Below, one piece after another: positions 18,710 to 32,355 of a DNA stretch of 64,000 bases. The notes beneath the pieces are model-generated. The model was not told the DNA's origin and did no database searches. It was given only the letters and a program-made list of their open reading frames with translations. The stretch is from Alphaproteobacteria bacterium. Lineage in GTDB: Bacteria > Pseudomonadota > Alphaproteobacteria > UBA6615. The stretch spans positions 78,086 to 142,085 of the forward strand of contig JAYOFE010000009.1 of assembly GCA_038117045.1 (NCBI GenBank), in the 5' to 3' direction. The first letter of the stretch is position 1, and the number at the start of each line of letters is the position of its first letter. Both the position numbers and the translations under genes were made by a program.

Positions 18710-19480
18710 ATGCGCGACGAACAGGCAATCCGGACCGAACCTCAAACGGTGCGAGTCGATGACCTTCTGGAGGTTCTTGGCCAGGGCATAAGGGACCTGC
18801 GGGCCGCGCCGCTCTACAGCCTGTTTTTCAGCGCCATCTATGTCGTGGGCGGCTGGGTCATGATCCTGATGCTGGTCGAGTTCGACCTGCCCTTCCTCGT
18901 CTATCCGCTCGCAGCAGGATTTGCGCTCATCGCCCCGTTCATCGCCAGCGGCTTTTACGTGATCAGCAGCCGGCTGGAAGCATCCGAACCGCTGTCCTGG
19001 CGCATCATTTTCAGCATCATCCGGTCGATGTTCGGGCGCGACCTGGGCTGGATGGCACTCGTCACGGGGTTTTCGCTGTTCATCTGGATGGACATCGCGG
19101 CACTGCTGACGTTCGGATTCCTGGGATTCCATTCCCTCAGTTTCTCGAACATATTCGAGACTATTTTCACCACACCCGCCGGCTGGGCGTTTCTGGTCAT
19201 CGGAAACACCGCCGGTGCGCTGATCTCCTTTGCCGTCTTCTCCTATACGGTCATCTCGATCCCGATGCTGTTCGATCGCGACATCGATTTCGTAACTGCT
19301 ATGGTGACCAGTGTCCGTTTCGTGAAACGAAACCCCCGGGTCATGGCAATCTGGTGCTTTACCATCGCCGTGGTAACGGCAATTTCCCTGCTGTCAGGGC
19401 TTGTCGGGCTCCTGGTCACCCTGCCCGTGCTGGGTCACGCTACCTGGCATCTTTATCGACGCGCGCTTGCGTCCGGGTAG
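18710..19480 (+). CDS. DUF2189-like integral membrane protein
   Basis: About 256 aa from MRDEQAIRTEP... with 5-6 predicted TM helices. The longer ORF start would overlap the deaminase gene. Confidence 0.45.
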   Translation: MRDEQAIRTEPQTVRVDDLLEVLGQGIRDLRAAPLYSLFFSAIYVVGGWVMILMLVEFDLPFLVYPLAAGFALIAPFIASGFYVISSRLEASEPLSWRIIFSIIRSMFGRDLGWMALVTGFSLFIWMDIAALLTFGFLGFHSLSFSNIFETIFTTPAGWAFLVIGNTAGALISFAVFSYTVISIPMLFDRDIDFVTAMVTSVRFVKRNPRVMAIWCFTIAVVTAISLLSGLVGLLVTLPVLGHATWHLYRRALASG

Positions 19481-20629
19481 CACGCGTTCCAGACCAAATA
19501 CGACAAGACCGAGCACCAGCCCCCAGAACGCAGATCCGATCCCGAACAGGGACAGGCCCGAGGCGGTCGCCGTGATCGTCAGGACGGCGGCGAATCGAGT
19601 CTCCTGAGGTGCGAGAGCGGCACCAAGCGCGTTCATCAGCGGTCCGACAAGGGCGAGACCTGCAATGGTCACGATGACCGCGAAGGGAAGCGCGGCAAAT
19701 CCGGCCACCACCGTGACCCCGATCGCGGCAAGGATCAGGAAGCCGACGCCGTAGAACACACCGGCGAGCCAGCGTTTCGCAGGATCGGGATGTGCGTCGG
19801 GGCCCGTGCAAAGCGACGCCGTGATGGCCGCCATCGTGGTCGTATGCGCACCCAACGGCGCCGTCAGCAGGGACATCAGGCCCGTGACCGCGAACGCGGA
19901 CCGTGTCGGCGGCTCGTATCCCGCCGCCCGGAGCACCGCAAACCCGGGAAGGTACTGGGATGCCATGGAGACGATGAACAGCGGCAGGCCGAGTCCCAAC
20001 AGGGCAGGAACCTCGAAGGACGGGGTAACCAGCAGGAACTCCGTCATGCCAAACCCGCCGTCCATCCCGTTGAACCGGCCGAGTATGGCGGTCCACAACA
20101 CGCCCCCCGCCAGCACCGCGATGACCGACCACGTGGCACTGAACAGCCGCACCACCACAAACACGGCGAGCAGGGGCAGGATCAGCAGCGGGTCTGCCGT
20201 GACGGCATCGAACACGGCGATGGTGAAACCGATCAGGACGCCGGCCAGCATCGCGGCCGCGAGCGGCGCCGGTATGCGCGCGATCGCCGTTGCGATCGGC
20301 CGAAGCGTGGCGCAGAGCAGGATCAGCAACGCGGTGAGCAGGAATGCCCCGACGGCGGCTTCAAGGCTGTAGGCCGGGATTCCGCCGATAGCAGTCGCAC
20401 CGATCAGCGCTGCACCGGGGGTGGACCAGGCCGAGATCATCGGAATGCGGTGCCAGTACGACAGAACAACGCTGGAGACGCCGGTCCCGAGGCATATCGC
20501 CGACACCCAGGACACGATCTGCGCCGGGTCCGCGCCCACGGCCTGCGCCGCGGCAATGACGATCGCCATGCTGCTGCCGACCCCGACCACGACGCCGGCA
20601 ACGGCGGAACTGACGAGTGACGCTCTCAT
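19394..20629 (-). CDS. benE: BenE family benzoate/H+ symporter-like transporter
   Basis: About 411 aa polytopic protein from MRASLVSS..., with a Gly/Ala-rich 12-TM pattern typical of BenE. Its 3' end overlaps the convergent DUF2189 gene by ~87 nt. Confidence 0.7.
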   Translation of the reverse strand: MRASLVSSAVAGVVVGVGSSMAIVIAAAQAVGADPAQIVSWVSAICLGTGVSSVVLSYWHRIPMISAWSTPGAALIGATAIGGIPAYSLEAAVGAFLLTALLILLCATLRPIATAIARIPAPLAAAMLAGVLIGFTIAVFDAVTADPLLILPLLAVFVVVRLFSATWSVIAVLAGGVLWTAILGRFNGMDGGFGMTEFLLVTPSFEVPALLGLGLPLFIVSMASQYLPGFAVLRAAGYEPPTRSAFAVTGLMSLLTAPLGAHTTTMAAITASLCTGPDAHPDPAKRWLAGVFYGVGFLILAAIGVTVVAGFAALPFAVIVTIAGLALVGPLMNALGAALAPQETRFAAVLTITATASGLSLFGIGSAFWGLVLGLVVFGLERVLPGRKRASIKMPGSVTQHGQGDQEPDKP

Positions 20630-20672
20630 GGTCCGCCCCGCGTTCGTCCTGTGTCGGCAATGTTCGAGAAAG

Positions 20673-20748
<76 letters not shown>

Positions 20749-20826
20749 ACCGTGTGCCCGAAAGCGGCGCGGATATAGCACCCGAAACCGCCGATGTCGA
20801 GGCATCGCGGCCGTCAAATCCGACCC

Positions 20827-21978
20827 TCAGGCCAGGCCGCCGCGCCGGTTGATATAGGTGTCGCGGTGCAGCCAGCAGCTCATCACCAGCCCGAAGCCGA
20901 TCAGCACGGTCAGCATGGCCGTCCCGCCGTAGGAAATCAGCGGCAGCGGCACGCCCACGACCGGGAGGACTCCCATCACCATCGCGATGTTGATGAAGAC
21001 GTAGAGGAAGAAATTCACAGTGATGCCCATCGCCAGCAATCGCGAGAACTGGCTGCGGCACCGCACCGCGATATAGAAGCCATAGCCCACCAGCAGCGCG
21101 TAAAGCGCGATCAGGCCGACGCCACCGACCAGGCCGAATTCCTCCGCCAGCATGGTGAAGATGAAGTCAGTCTGCTTTTCCGGAAGGAAGTTCAGGTGGC
21201 TCTGGGTGCCTTCAAGGAAGCCCTTGCCGAACATGCCGCCCGAGCCGAGCGCGATCTTCGACTGCAGGATGTGATAGCCGGAGCCGAGCGGGTCCGTCTC
21301 CGGGTTCAGGAAGGTGAAGATTCGCTGCTTCTGGTAGGCATGGAGGAACTGCCAGCCGACCGGGACCGCCGCTGCCGCTGCGGCCGCGACAATGCCGAAC
21401 TGCCAGAGCCGTGCGCCGCCGATCCAGAACATGGCCGCCCCTACCATCGCGATCACGCCCGCCGTGCCCAGATCGGGCTGGCGCAGCACCAGCGCCATGG
21501 GCGCGAGGACGATGAAGATCGGGATGATGAGATTGCGCAGCCGCCCGGCCTCGTCCACGTCAAAGCCGTGGAAATAGCGTGCCAGCGCCAGCACGACGGC
21601 GATTTTCATCACTTCGGACGGCTGCAGCTGGAAGAAGCCCAGGTCGAGCCAGCGCTGCGCGCCCATGCCGATGGAACCCATGATTTCCACCGAGGCCAGC
21701 AGCGCCAGGCACGCGCCATAGACCGGGTAGGACGCGCGCAGCCAGAACCGGATGTCGATCAGGGCGACAATCAGCATCATCGCCACGCCCACCGCGAAGC
21801 GCGACATCTGGCGTGATACCCACGGGTCGAAGCTGCCATTTGCCGCGGAGTACAGCATGGCGAAGCCGACCGAGGCGGTCAGCGTGATCAGCAGCACGAA
21901 CTCCCAGTTCAGCCGCAAAAGCTTCTGCCGGACGGTTGGCTGTGCTGTGCCCAGTTGCGCCATCGCCCGCCCGCTCAC
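20827..21978 (-). CDS. rodA: rod shape-determining protein RodA (SEDS family)
   Basis: 383 aa SEDS membrane protein (PSEVMKIAVVLALARYF ..., YGGTAMLT). Its start has a 4-bp overlap with the pbp2 stop. Confidence 0.9.
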   Translation of the reverse strand: MSGRAMAQLGTAQPTVRQKLLRLNWEFVLLITLTASVGFAMLYSAANGSFDPWVSRQMSRFAVGVAMMLIVALIDIRFWLRASYPVYGACLALLASVEIMGSIGMGAQRWLDLGFFQLQPSEVMKIAVVLALARYFHGFDVDEAGRLRNLIIPIFIVLAPMALVLRQPDLGTAGVIAMVGAAMFWIGGARLWQFGIVAAAAAAAVPVGWQFLHAYQKQRIFTFLNPETDPLGSGYHILQSKIALGSGGMFGKGFLEGTQSHLNFLPEKQTDFIFTMLAEEFGLVGGVGLIALYALLVGYGFYIAVRCRSQFSRLLAMGITVNFFLYVFINIAMVMGVLPVVGVPLPLISYGGTAMLTVLIGFGLVMSCWLHRDTYINRRGGLA

Positions 21979-23864
21979 GTGCCCTGGTTGCCGGAACCGT
22001 CGAGCCCTGCGACGTTCGCACCGGGTGCGAGGCGTGCCGGGTCACGGTCCAGTGTGGCCGCCATGATGTCCCGCGCGATCGGCGCCGCGACGGCCGAACC
22101 GCCGCCGCCATGCTCCACAACCACGGAGATCGAATAGCGCGGGTCCTCGATCGGCCCATAGCCGACGAACAAGGCGTGGTCGCGATAGCGCCATGGCAGC
22201 TCGTCGTTCTTGAGCACACCCGAATCGCGCTCGCGCTGGGAAATGCGCCGGACCTGTGCGGTGCCTGTCTTGCCACCCATGGACATGCCGGGAACCGTGA
22301 TCCGGGCCCGGTGCGCCGTGCCGGTCGGGTCCTGGGTGACCATGGCCATGGCGTCCATCACCATTTTCAGGTGGCGGGGATCGACGCCGATTCCCGTGCT
22401 GCCGTCACCGGTACGCTCTGCCAGCCGACCGTGAAGGACACGGTCGCGGGCCAGATGCGGGGACACGATCTTGCCGCCATTGACCATGCGCGCGGTCATC
22501 GTCGCGAGCTGCAGCGGCGTTGTCAGCACGAACCCCTGCCCGATACCGGCCACAAGCGTCTCGCCCAGCACCCAGGGCTGTCCGATGACGGCGCGCTTCC
22601 ACGACTTGGTGGGGATAAGGCCCGCGCGTTCACCCGGGACATCCAGGCCAAGTGATTCACCCAGTCCGAACTTCGAGGCCATCTTCGCGATCTTGTCGAT
22701 GCCCACCTTGCGGGCGATCTCGTAGAAATAGACGTCGCAGGATTCCGCGATGCCGCGCGCTAGGTCCACATGCCCGTGTCCGTAGCGCTTCCAGCAGTGG
22801 AATTTGCCGTCACCCACTTCCAGGTGGCCGGGACAGAAGAAGGACGAGTTCGGCGTGATCACGCCATCCTCAAGCGCCGCGAGCGCGACCACCATCTTGA
22901 AGGTCGATCCCGGGGCGTATTCGCCCGCAATGGCCTTGTTGCGCAACGGCGCACGCTCGTTGTCCGCCAGCGCCCGCCACTGGCTGTTGCTCAGGCCTTC
23001 GGTGAATGCATTGGGATCGAAGCTGGGCGTCGAGGCCTGCACGATCAGCCCGCCGGTGTGGATGTCCATGACCACGACCGCTCCGGCCTCTTCGCCGAGA
23101 CGCTCCATGGCCTTGCGCTGGAGCGCCATGTCCAGCGTCAGGACAACATCGCGCCCGGGATTGCCTTCCTGGCGGTCGAGTTCGCGGATAACGCGGCCCA
23201 CCGCGTTCACTTCGAGCTGGCTGGCCCCCGCGCTGCCGCGCAGCGGTGCGTCGAAGGCGCGCTCGATGCCGTTGCGGCCGATGCGGAAGCCCGGCAGTTC
23301 CAGCAGCGGGTCGCCCGTCAGGTCCTCCGGGCGTGGCGCGCCCACATAGCCTAGGATGTGCGCGGCGGAATCGCCGTTCGGGTAGAAGCGGCGCTCACCC
23401 ACGTCGATGGTCACGCCCGGCAGGTCCGGGGCATTCACCTCAAGCCGGGCCACGTCCTCCCATTCGAGGAACTCGCGCACCGTGACCGGGACGAATTTCT
23501 TCTTCCGGCGCACCTCTTTCAGGATGCGCGCCTTCTCGTCCGCGTCGATGGGAATGATCATCGCCAGCCGGTCGAGGACCGCGGGCACGTCGGGCGTGTT
23601 CTCCGACTTGATCAGGACACGGTAGTTCTCCTGGTTGATCGCGACGGGAACCCCGAAGCGGTCGAGGATGCGCCCGCGCGACGGCGGCAGCAGGCGCATG
23701 TTGATGCGGTTTTCCTCGGCCAGCGTCCGGTAACGGTCGGATTCGACCACCTGCAGGTAGTACATCCGGCCGACCAGTGCGGCGAGCAGACCAAACTGGC
23801 CGCCCGCGAGCAGGGCCGCCCGCCGGGTAAAGAAGCGCTGCCGGTCGTTGTCGCGCCTGTTCAT
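21975..23864 (-). CDS. mrdA: penicillin-binding protein 2 (elongasome transpeptidase)
   Basis: About 629 aa from MNRRDNDRQRF..., with an ATGA overlap with the mreD stop. The PBP dimerisation and transpeptidase domains (STFK, SSN, KTGT) are present. Confidence 0.9.
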   Translation of the reverse strand: MNRRDNDRQRFFTRRAALLAGGQFGLLAALVGRMYYLQVVESDRYRTLAEENRINMRLLPPSRGRILDRFGVPVAINQENYRVLIKSENTPDVPAVLDRLAMIIPIDADEKARILKEVRRKKKFVPVTVREFLEWEDVARLEVNAPDLPGVTIDVGERRFYPNGDSAAHILGYVGAPRPEDLTGDPLLELPGFRIGRNGIERAFDAPLRGSAGASQLEVNAVGRVIRELDRQEGNPGRDVVLTLDMALQRKAMERLGEEAGAVVVMDIHTGGLIVQASTPSFDPNAFTEGLSNSQWRALADNERAPLRNKAIAGEYAPGSTFKMVVALAALEDGVITPNSSFFCPGHLEVGDGKFHCWKRYGHGHVDLARGIAESCDVYFYEIARKVGIDKIAKMASKFGLGESLGLDVPGERAGLIPTKSWKRAVIGQPWVLGETLVAGIGQGFVLTTPLQLATMTARMVNGGKIVSPHLARDRVLHGRLAERTGDGSTGIGVDPRHLKMVMDAMAMVTQDPTGTAHRARITVPGMSMGGKTGTAQVRRISQRERDSGVLKNDELPWRYRDHALFVGYGPIEDPRYSISVVVEHGGGGSAVAAPIARDIMAATLDRDPARLAPGANVAGLDGSGNQGT

Positions 23865-24385
23865 ACCGGCTCCGCCGCGCCCACAAGCCAGCGCTGGGTC
23901 CGCAACAGGAACCACGCGACGACGGGAAACACGAAGACCGTCAGCACGATGCTTGCGATCACCACGTCACTCGGCAGGATGGCTCCGCGAAGCGCTGACG
24001 CCAGCATCCAGGTGAGCGCACCCGCCACCGGGGCGACGATCGCGAAACCGGCCCAGAAGATCCAGAACGGCTTGCCGACAAGGAACCGGCGCTGGCTGAG
24101 CACAAAGGCATGCGCCAGCAGGAAGATCAGCGCAGTCAGGCCGAAGGGTGCCCCGATCAGCGCGTCCTGGAACAGTCCGACCATGAAGACCAGCACGCGC
24201 GGCGTCAGGTCCGGGCGGAACACCACCCAGTAGTAAACGCCCATCAGCGGCAGCGCGGGCGCAATCTCGCCATAGAACGGGATCGGAAGATGCAGGTGCG
24301 CGAGGAAGACCAGAAGCACGAGCGTGAACCCGGGCACCACACGGCGCGCCACATCGGCAATGCTGCCGACCCCGCCTTCACTCAT
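23861..24385 (-). CDS. mreD: rod shape-determining protein MreD
   Basis: 174 aa small polytopic membrane protein positioned between mreC and pbp2. It has an ATGA overlap with mreC. Confidence 0.8.
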   Translation of the reverse strand: MSEGGVGSIADVARRVVPGFTLVLLVFLAHLHLPIPFYGEIAPALPLMGVYYWVVFRPDLTPRVLVFMVGLFQDALIGAPFGLTALIFLLAHAFVLSQRRFLVGKPFWIFWAGFAIVAPVAGALTWMLASALRGAILPSDVVIASIVLTVFVFPVVAWFLLRTQRWLVGAAEPV

Positions 24386-25302
24386 TGCGTCGGCTCGGGC
24401 TCGGGCGACGGTGCGGCCTTGAGGGATTCGACCGCGGGTACTTTCTCCGGCGGCGGCAGGATGCCTTCCACGCCGTAGTCCAGAATCCTGGCCTCGCTGA
24501 GCCGCGCGATCTCGACCGCCGGCTGCAGGACGATCCGGGTCTCGGTCACTTCCGAAATGGTGCCGATGGGCAGGCCCGGCGGGAACACCCCGCCATGGCC
24601 GGAGGTCACAAGCCTGTCTCCGGAAGACACCGGCGAGTTCGATGCCAGGTATGTCACCGACGGCCAGGGCGTGTTGTTGCCAGTCACGATGACCCGGTCG
24701 CCGGTCGATTCCACCAGCGCGGGGATGCGCGAGTTGATGTCAGTCAGCAGCAGCACCCGTGCGGAACGGTCTCCCACTTCCGCAACACGCCCGACCACTC
24801 CGGCCTGTGAGACGACCGCCTGGCCCCGCTGGACCAGATGGCGCGAGCCGGCGTTGATCAGCAGGCTGTGGAAGAAGCTGCCGCCTGTGTCGGCGATGAT
24901 GCGAGCCGTCACCGCGCGTGGTGCCACTTCCGGCACATACTCGAGCTGGGCCCGCAGGGTCGCGTTCTCGACCGCGAGCTGGCGGGCACTCTGCATCCAG
25001 CGAAGCAGCCGTTCGTTCTCGGCGCGCAGGCGGTCATTTTCAGCGAAGACAAAGAAGAAGTTCCGGACCGACTGGGCCGCATCGCGACCCGCTTCCACGG
25101 GACGGGACAGGGTGTCGAGGACCGGGGCGACACTGTCGACGATCACGATCCGGGCGCGCTCCAACGCGCCGGTCTCGGCCTTGCTCAGCAGCATGAGCGC
25201 GAAGGCCAACGCGAACAGGGCCAGGAATGCAAAGCGCTGCGCCCAGACCCTGACCGGAACAGCCAGGCCGGCTACAGACATGCTCGCATTGCGTTTCGCC
25301 AC
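24382..25302 (-). CDS. mreC: rod shape-determining protein MreC
   Basis: 306 aa with an N-terminal TM segment, a coiled coil (ENDRLRAENERL) and beta-barrel domains. It is downstream of mreB. Confidence 0.85.
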   Translation of the reverse strand: MAKRNASMSVAGLAVPVRVWAQRFAFLALFALAFALMLLSKAETGALERARIVIVDSVAPVLDTLSRPVEAGRDAAQSVRNFFFVFAENDRLRAENERLLRWMQSARQLAVENATLRAQLEYVPEVAPRAVTARIIADTGGSFFHSLLINAGSRHLVQRGQAVVSQAGVVGRVAEVGDRSARVLLLTDINSRIPALVESTGDRVIVTGNNTPWPSVTYLASNSPVSSGDRLVTSGHGGVFPPGLPIGTISEVTETRIVLQPAVEIARLSEARILDYGVEGILPPPEKVPAVESLKAAPSPEPEPTQ

Positions 25303-25347
25303 CAGAGTTTCCTGTCTCCCGGATACCCGCCGCTACCCGGTTACGGG

Positions 25348-28070
<2,723 letters not shown>

Positions 28071-28096
28071 TGGTCCCGTCTCAAATTCGATTGGTT

Positions 28097-28169
28097 GACT
28101 TAGGTTCGGATTTCACCCCTGAACTATCCAGGCCACACGGCTCTGTTGGCGTTCAGGGGCACCTAAGTC
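28097..28169 (-). promoter_or_regulatory. nested long-stem RNA structure in the leuA 5' leader
   Basis: An outer 9-bp stem (GACTTAGGT/ACCTAAGTC) encloses an inner 9-bp stem (CCCCTGAAC/GTTCAGGGG). The element ends 27 nt upstream of the leuA start codon. It was read directly from the sequence. Confidence 0.3.
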
Positions 28170-28474
28170 GCAGGGCCGCGCCGCCCGGAAGGAGCGCATC
28201 GAGATCATGCAGGTTGAGGCACAGGCGACCCGTCGCCGCATCGCGAGCGATGCAGTGGTCAAAACCCCGATCTGCGCGGACGATCTTCACGCCCCGTGAT
28301 CTCCCCAACGGCTCCTGCCGAAAAGATTCCTGAACACGCCAAGAATCGTCGCAAGAGCGTTAACAATTGGTGAACAAGCCGTACACCAGTATGCAAAGAA
28401 AACCCTTTAACGCCCTTGTTTTAGAGCGCTTTTAGGGTACACCGCAACGGTTTTGTTAACTATGTCGTTCTGCT

Positions 28475-28509
28475 GGGCGCCGCGACGGCATATTTTCGTC
28501 GCGGCGCCC
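28475..28509 (-). terminator. perfect 13-bp hairpin immediately downstream of the ilvC stop
   Basis: GGGCGCCGCGACG-gcatatttt-CGTCGCGGCGCCC. There is no clean U-tract on either side, so it is a terminator-like or RNA-stability element. Confidence 0.3.
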
Positions 28510-28526
28510 GAACCGGAGAACCGGAA

Positions 28527-29696
<1,170 letters not shown>

Positions 29697-30248
29697 CTAG
29701 TCCTCGTCGATTCCGGCCAGAAGCTTCGGTTTGCCCTGTTTGCTGCCGCGACGGATCGCGACAACGCCTGATCGCGCGATCTCCGTCTCGCCGAGGTTGC
29801 GCATCAGCACGAGGAAGCTGTCTACCTTCTCGGTCGACCCGGTCAGCGAGAACACGAACGAATTTACGCCGGTATCGGCCACGCGGGCGCGAAAGATGTC
29901 CGCGATGCGCAGTGCCTCGCGCCGCGCCGCACCCTCGTTGACGACACTCACAAGCGCGACCTCGTGCTCGACGTACGAGCCTTCCTCGGTCAGGTCATGG
30001 ACCTCGCGGACCGGGACCAGCCGCTCGAGCTGCGCCTTGATCTGCTCGATGATCATTGGCGTACCCGAGGTGACAAGGTTGATACGCGAGGCACCCTCGT
30101 CCTCGCTGATCGCCGCGACAGTCAGCGTCTCGATGTTGTAGCCGCGGCCCGAGAAAAGGCCGACAACGCGCGCCAGCACGCCCGGCTCATTGTCGACGAT
30201 CACGGCGAGCACATGCCGTTCGATGGGTTCGTTCCTTGGCGCCATCAC
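29697..30248 (-). CDS. ilvH: acetolactate synthase small (regulatory) subunit
   Basis: 183 aa with an ACT domain (HVLAVIVDNEPGVLARVVGLFSGRGYNIETLTV). It lies directly downstream of the large subunit. Confidence 0.9.
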   Translation of the reverse strand: MMAPRNEPIERHVLAVIVDNEPGVLARVVGLFSGRGYNIETLTVAAISEDEGASRINLVTSGTPMIIEQIKAQLERLVPVREVHDLTEEGSYVEHEVALVSVVNEGAARREALRIADIFRARVADTGVNSFVFSLTGSTEKVDSFLVLMRNLGETEIARSGVVAIRRGSKQGKPKLLAGIDED

Positions 30249-30342
30249 GCAAACTCTTTCTTGTTCTTTGCCGCAGGGGGCATTTGACGGACAGGGGAAT
30301 CCGGGGCGAATGCCCCGGGCAGGTCAGGACAGGCAGGGCGCT

Positions 30343-32121
30343 CTATACGAGAACCATGCCCTCTTCCGACTGCTTCTGTTCCTTCTGGTCGTCGAGGGTC
30401 AGCAGGATCTCGTTGTGCGCGGCCCCGCCCGGAATCATCGGCAGGCAGTTCTCATGCTGGGTCACCACCATGTCCATGATGACCGGCCCCGGCGTCTCGA
30501 TCATCTTGATGATCGCGTCATCGACGTCATTCGGGTCGGTCACCCGCATCCCGGTGATCCCGAAGGACTCTGCCAGCTTGATGAAGTCCGGCAGGCCGTC
30601 GGAATAGGATTCCGAATAGCGCGCACCGTGCAGCAGTTCCTGCCACTGCCGGACCATGCCCAGCCAGTAATTGTTCAGGATGAAGATCTTCACCGGCAGC
30701 TTGTACTGGGCGATCGTGCCGAGTTCCTGGATGTTCATCATCGTCGAGGCTTCGCCCGCGATGTCGATCACAAGCGCGTCCGGATGGCCGATCTGAACGC
30801 CGACGGCAGCCGGCAGGCCATAGCCCATGGTCCCCAGGCCGCCGGAGGTCATCCAGCGGTTCGGCTTGTCGAAGTGATAGTACTGCGCCGCCCACATCTG
30901 GTGCTGGCCCACCTCGGTGGTCACCCGCGCATCCATGTCCTTGGTCAGCTCATACAGGCGCTTGATCGCGTATTGCGGCTTGATCTCGGCCTTCGGCTTG
31001 AAGCTCTGGTCGAACTTCAGGCAGTCGACCGCGCGCCACTCTTCGATCCGCTTCCACCAGGCGTCCAGCGCCTTGGCATCCGGCTTTGCGCCGCGCGCGC
31101 GCCACTTCTCGAGGATGTCCTCGACGACGCTTTCCACGTCGCCCACGATCGGGACATCGACCTGGATGTTCTTGTTGATCGAGCTGGGATCGATGTCGAT
31201 GTGGATCTTTTTGGAGCCCGGCGAGAACGCGTCCGTGCGCCCGGTCACCCGGTCATCGAAGCGCGCACCGATGGCGATCATCAGGTCGCACCCGTACATG
31301 GCGAGGTTGGATTCGTAGGTGCCGTGCATGCCCAGCATGCCCAGCCACTGCGGCGACGAGGCCGGGAACGCGCCCAGGCCCATGATGGTCGTGGTGGCCG
31401 GATAGCCGGTTGCCTTCACCAGTTCGGTGACGAGTTCGCATGCACGCTCGCCGGAATTGATGCAGCCGCCGCCGATATAGAAGATCGGCCTCTTCGCCTT
31501 GGCCAGCAGGTCCACCGCTTCCTCGATGGCTGCGTCGGCTCCCTCGCGCTGGGGATTGTAATGACGGTGCGTCACGTTCTCGGGCGAGAGGTATTCACCC
31601 TCGGCAAACTGCACGTCCTTCGGCAGGTCGATCACCACCGGGCCCGGACGGCCCGCCTGGGCCACGTAAAACGCCTCGTGCATGGTACGGCTGAGGTCGT
31701 CCACGTCCTTCACGAGATAATTGTGCTTCGTGCACGGGCGGGTGATGCCGGTGGTGTCGGCTTCCTGGAAGGCGTCATTGCCGATCAGGTGGGTCGGCAC
31801 CTGGCCGGTCAGGCAGACAACCGGAATGGAATCCATCAGCGCATCGGCGAGGCCGGTCACGGTGTTGGTCGCGCCCGGGCCGGAGGTTACCAGCACGACG
31901 CCGGTCTTGCCGGTCGAGCGGGCATAACCCTCGGCCATGTGCACGGCACCCTGCTCATGCCGGCAGAGGATGTGGCGAACGGAATTCTGCTTGAAGAGGG
32001 CGTCATACATCGGAAGGACGGCACCGCCGGGATAGCCGAAGACGACTTCCACGCCTTGGTCCGCCAGGGCCTTGATCACCATTTCCGCGCCGGTCATTCG
32101 GTTTCCGGACATCTCACACAC
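30343..32121 (-). CDS. ilvI: acetolactate synthase large subunit
   Basis: 592 aa ThDP enzyme ([14 protein letters not shown] ..., the [15 protein letters not shown] ThDP-binding motif). The true start may be one of the nearby downstream ATGs (MSGNRM.../MTGAEM...). Confidence 0.9.
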   Translation of the reverse strand: MCEMSGNRMTGAEMVIKALADQGVEVVFGYPGGAVLPMYDALFKQNSVRHILCRHEQGAVHMAEGYARSTGKTGVVLVTSGPGATNTVTGLADALMDSIPVVCLTGQVPTHLIGNDAFQEADTTGITRPCTKHNYLVKDVDDLSRTMHEAFYVAQAGRPGPVVIDLPKDVQFAEGEYLSPENVTHRHYNPQREGADAAIEEAVDLLAKAKRPIFYIGGGCINSGERACELVTELVKATGYPATTTIMGLGAFPASSPQWLGMLGMHGTYESNLAMYGCDLMIAIGARFDDRVTGRTDAFSPGSKKIHIDIDPSSINKNIQVDVPIVGDVESVVEDILEKWRARGAKPDAKALDAWWKRIEEWRAVDCLKFDQSFKPKAEIKPQYAIKRLYELTKDMDARVTTEVGQHQMWAAQYYHFDKPNRWMTSGGLGTMGYGLPAAVGVQIGHPDALVIDIAGEASTMMNIQELGTIAQYKLPVKIFILNNYWLGMVRQWQELLHGARYSESYSDGLPDFIKLAESFGITGMRVTDPNDVDDAIIKMIETPGPVIMDMVVTQHENCLPMIPGGAAHNEILLTLDDQKEQKQSEEGMVLV

Positions 32122-32355
32122 GCCTTTCTCTATGTCTCTTCGTCTTCAATCTTCGCACTTGCACAACCAAATCGAACGCGCGGCATAACCGAAACACCGG
32201 TCGAATGCCAGTCCGGCCGAGACCGAACCGGCGTCATACCAATGCCTGCCCTGCCAAATTGATTGCTGCGCGCTGCCAGGCACACATGGGATGCAACCGG
32301 CGCAATGCACCGCAGCAATCCCGGACACGTAATTACCGGAAAGAAATTTTCCCCG

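Noticed and set aside
32122-32355. Search for an Ile/Val/Leu-rich leader peptide upstream of ilvI, and evaluation of two small ORFs (32130-32318, 32146-32328)
   Set aside because: Translations in the ilvI mRNA sense show no branched-chain-rich run. The small ORFs look like random GC-rich frames. No classical attenuator could be supported.
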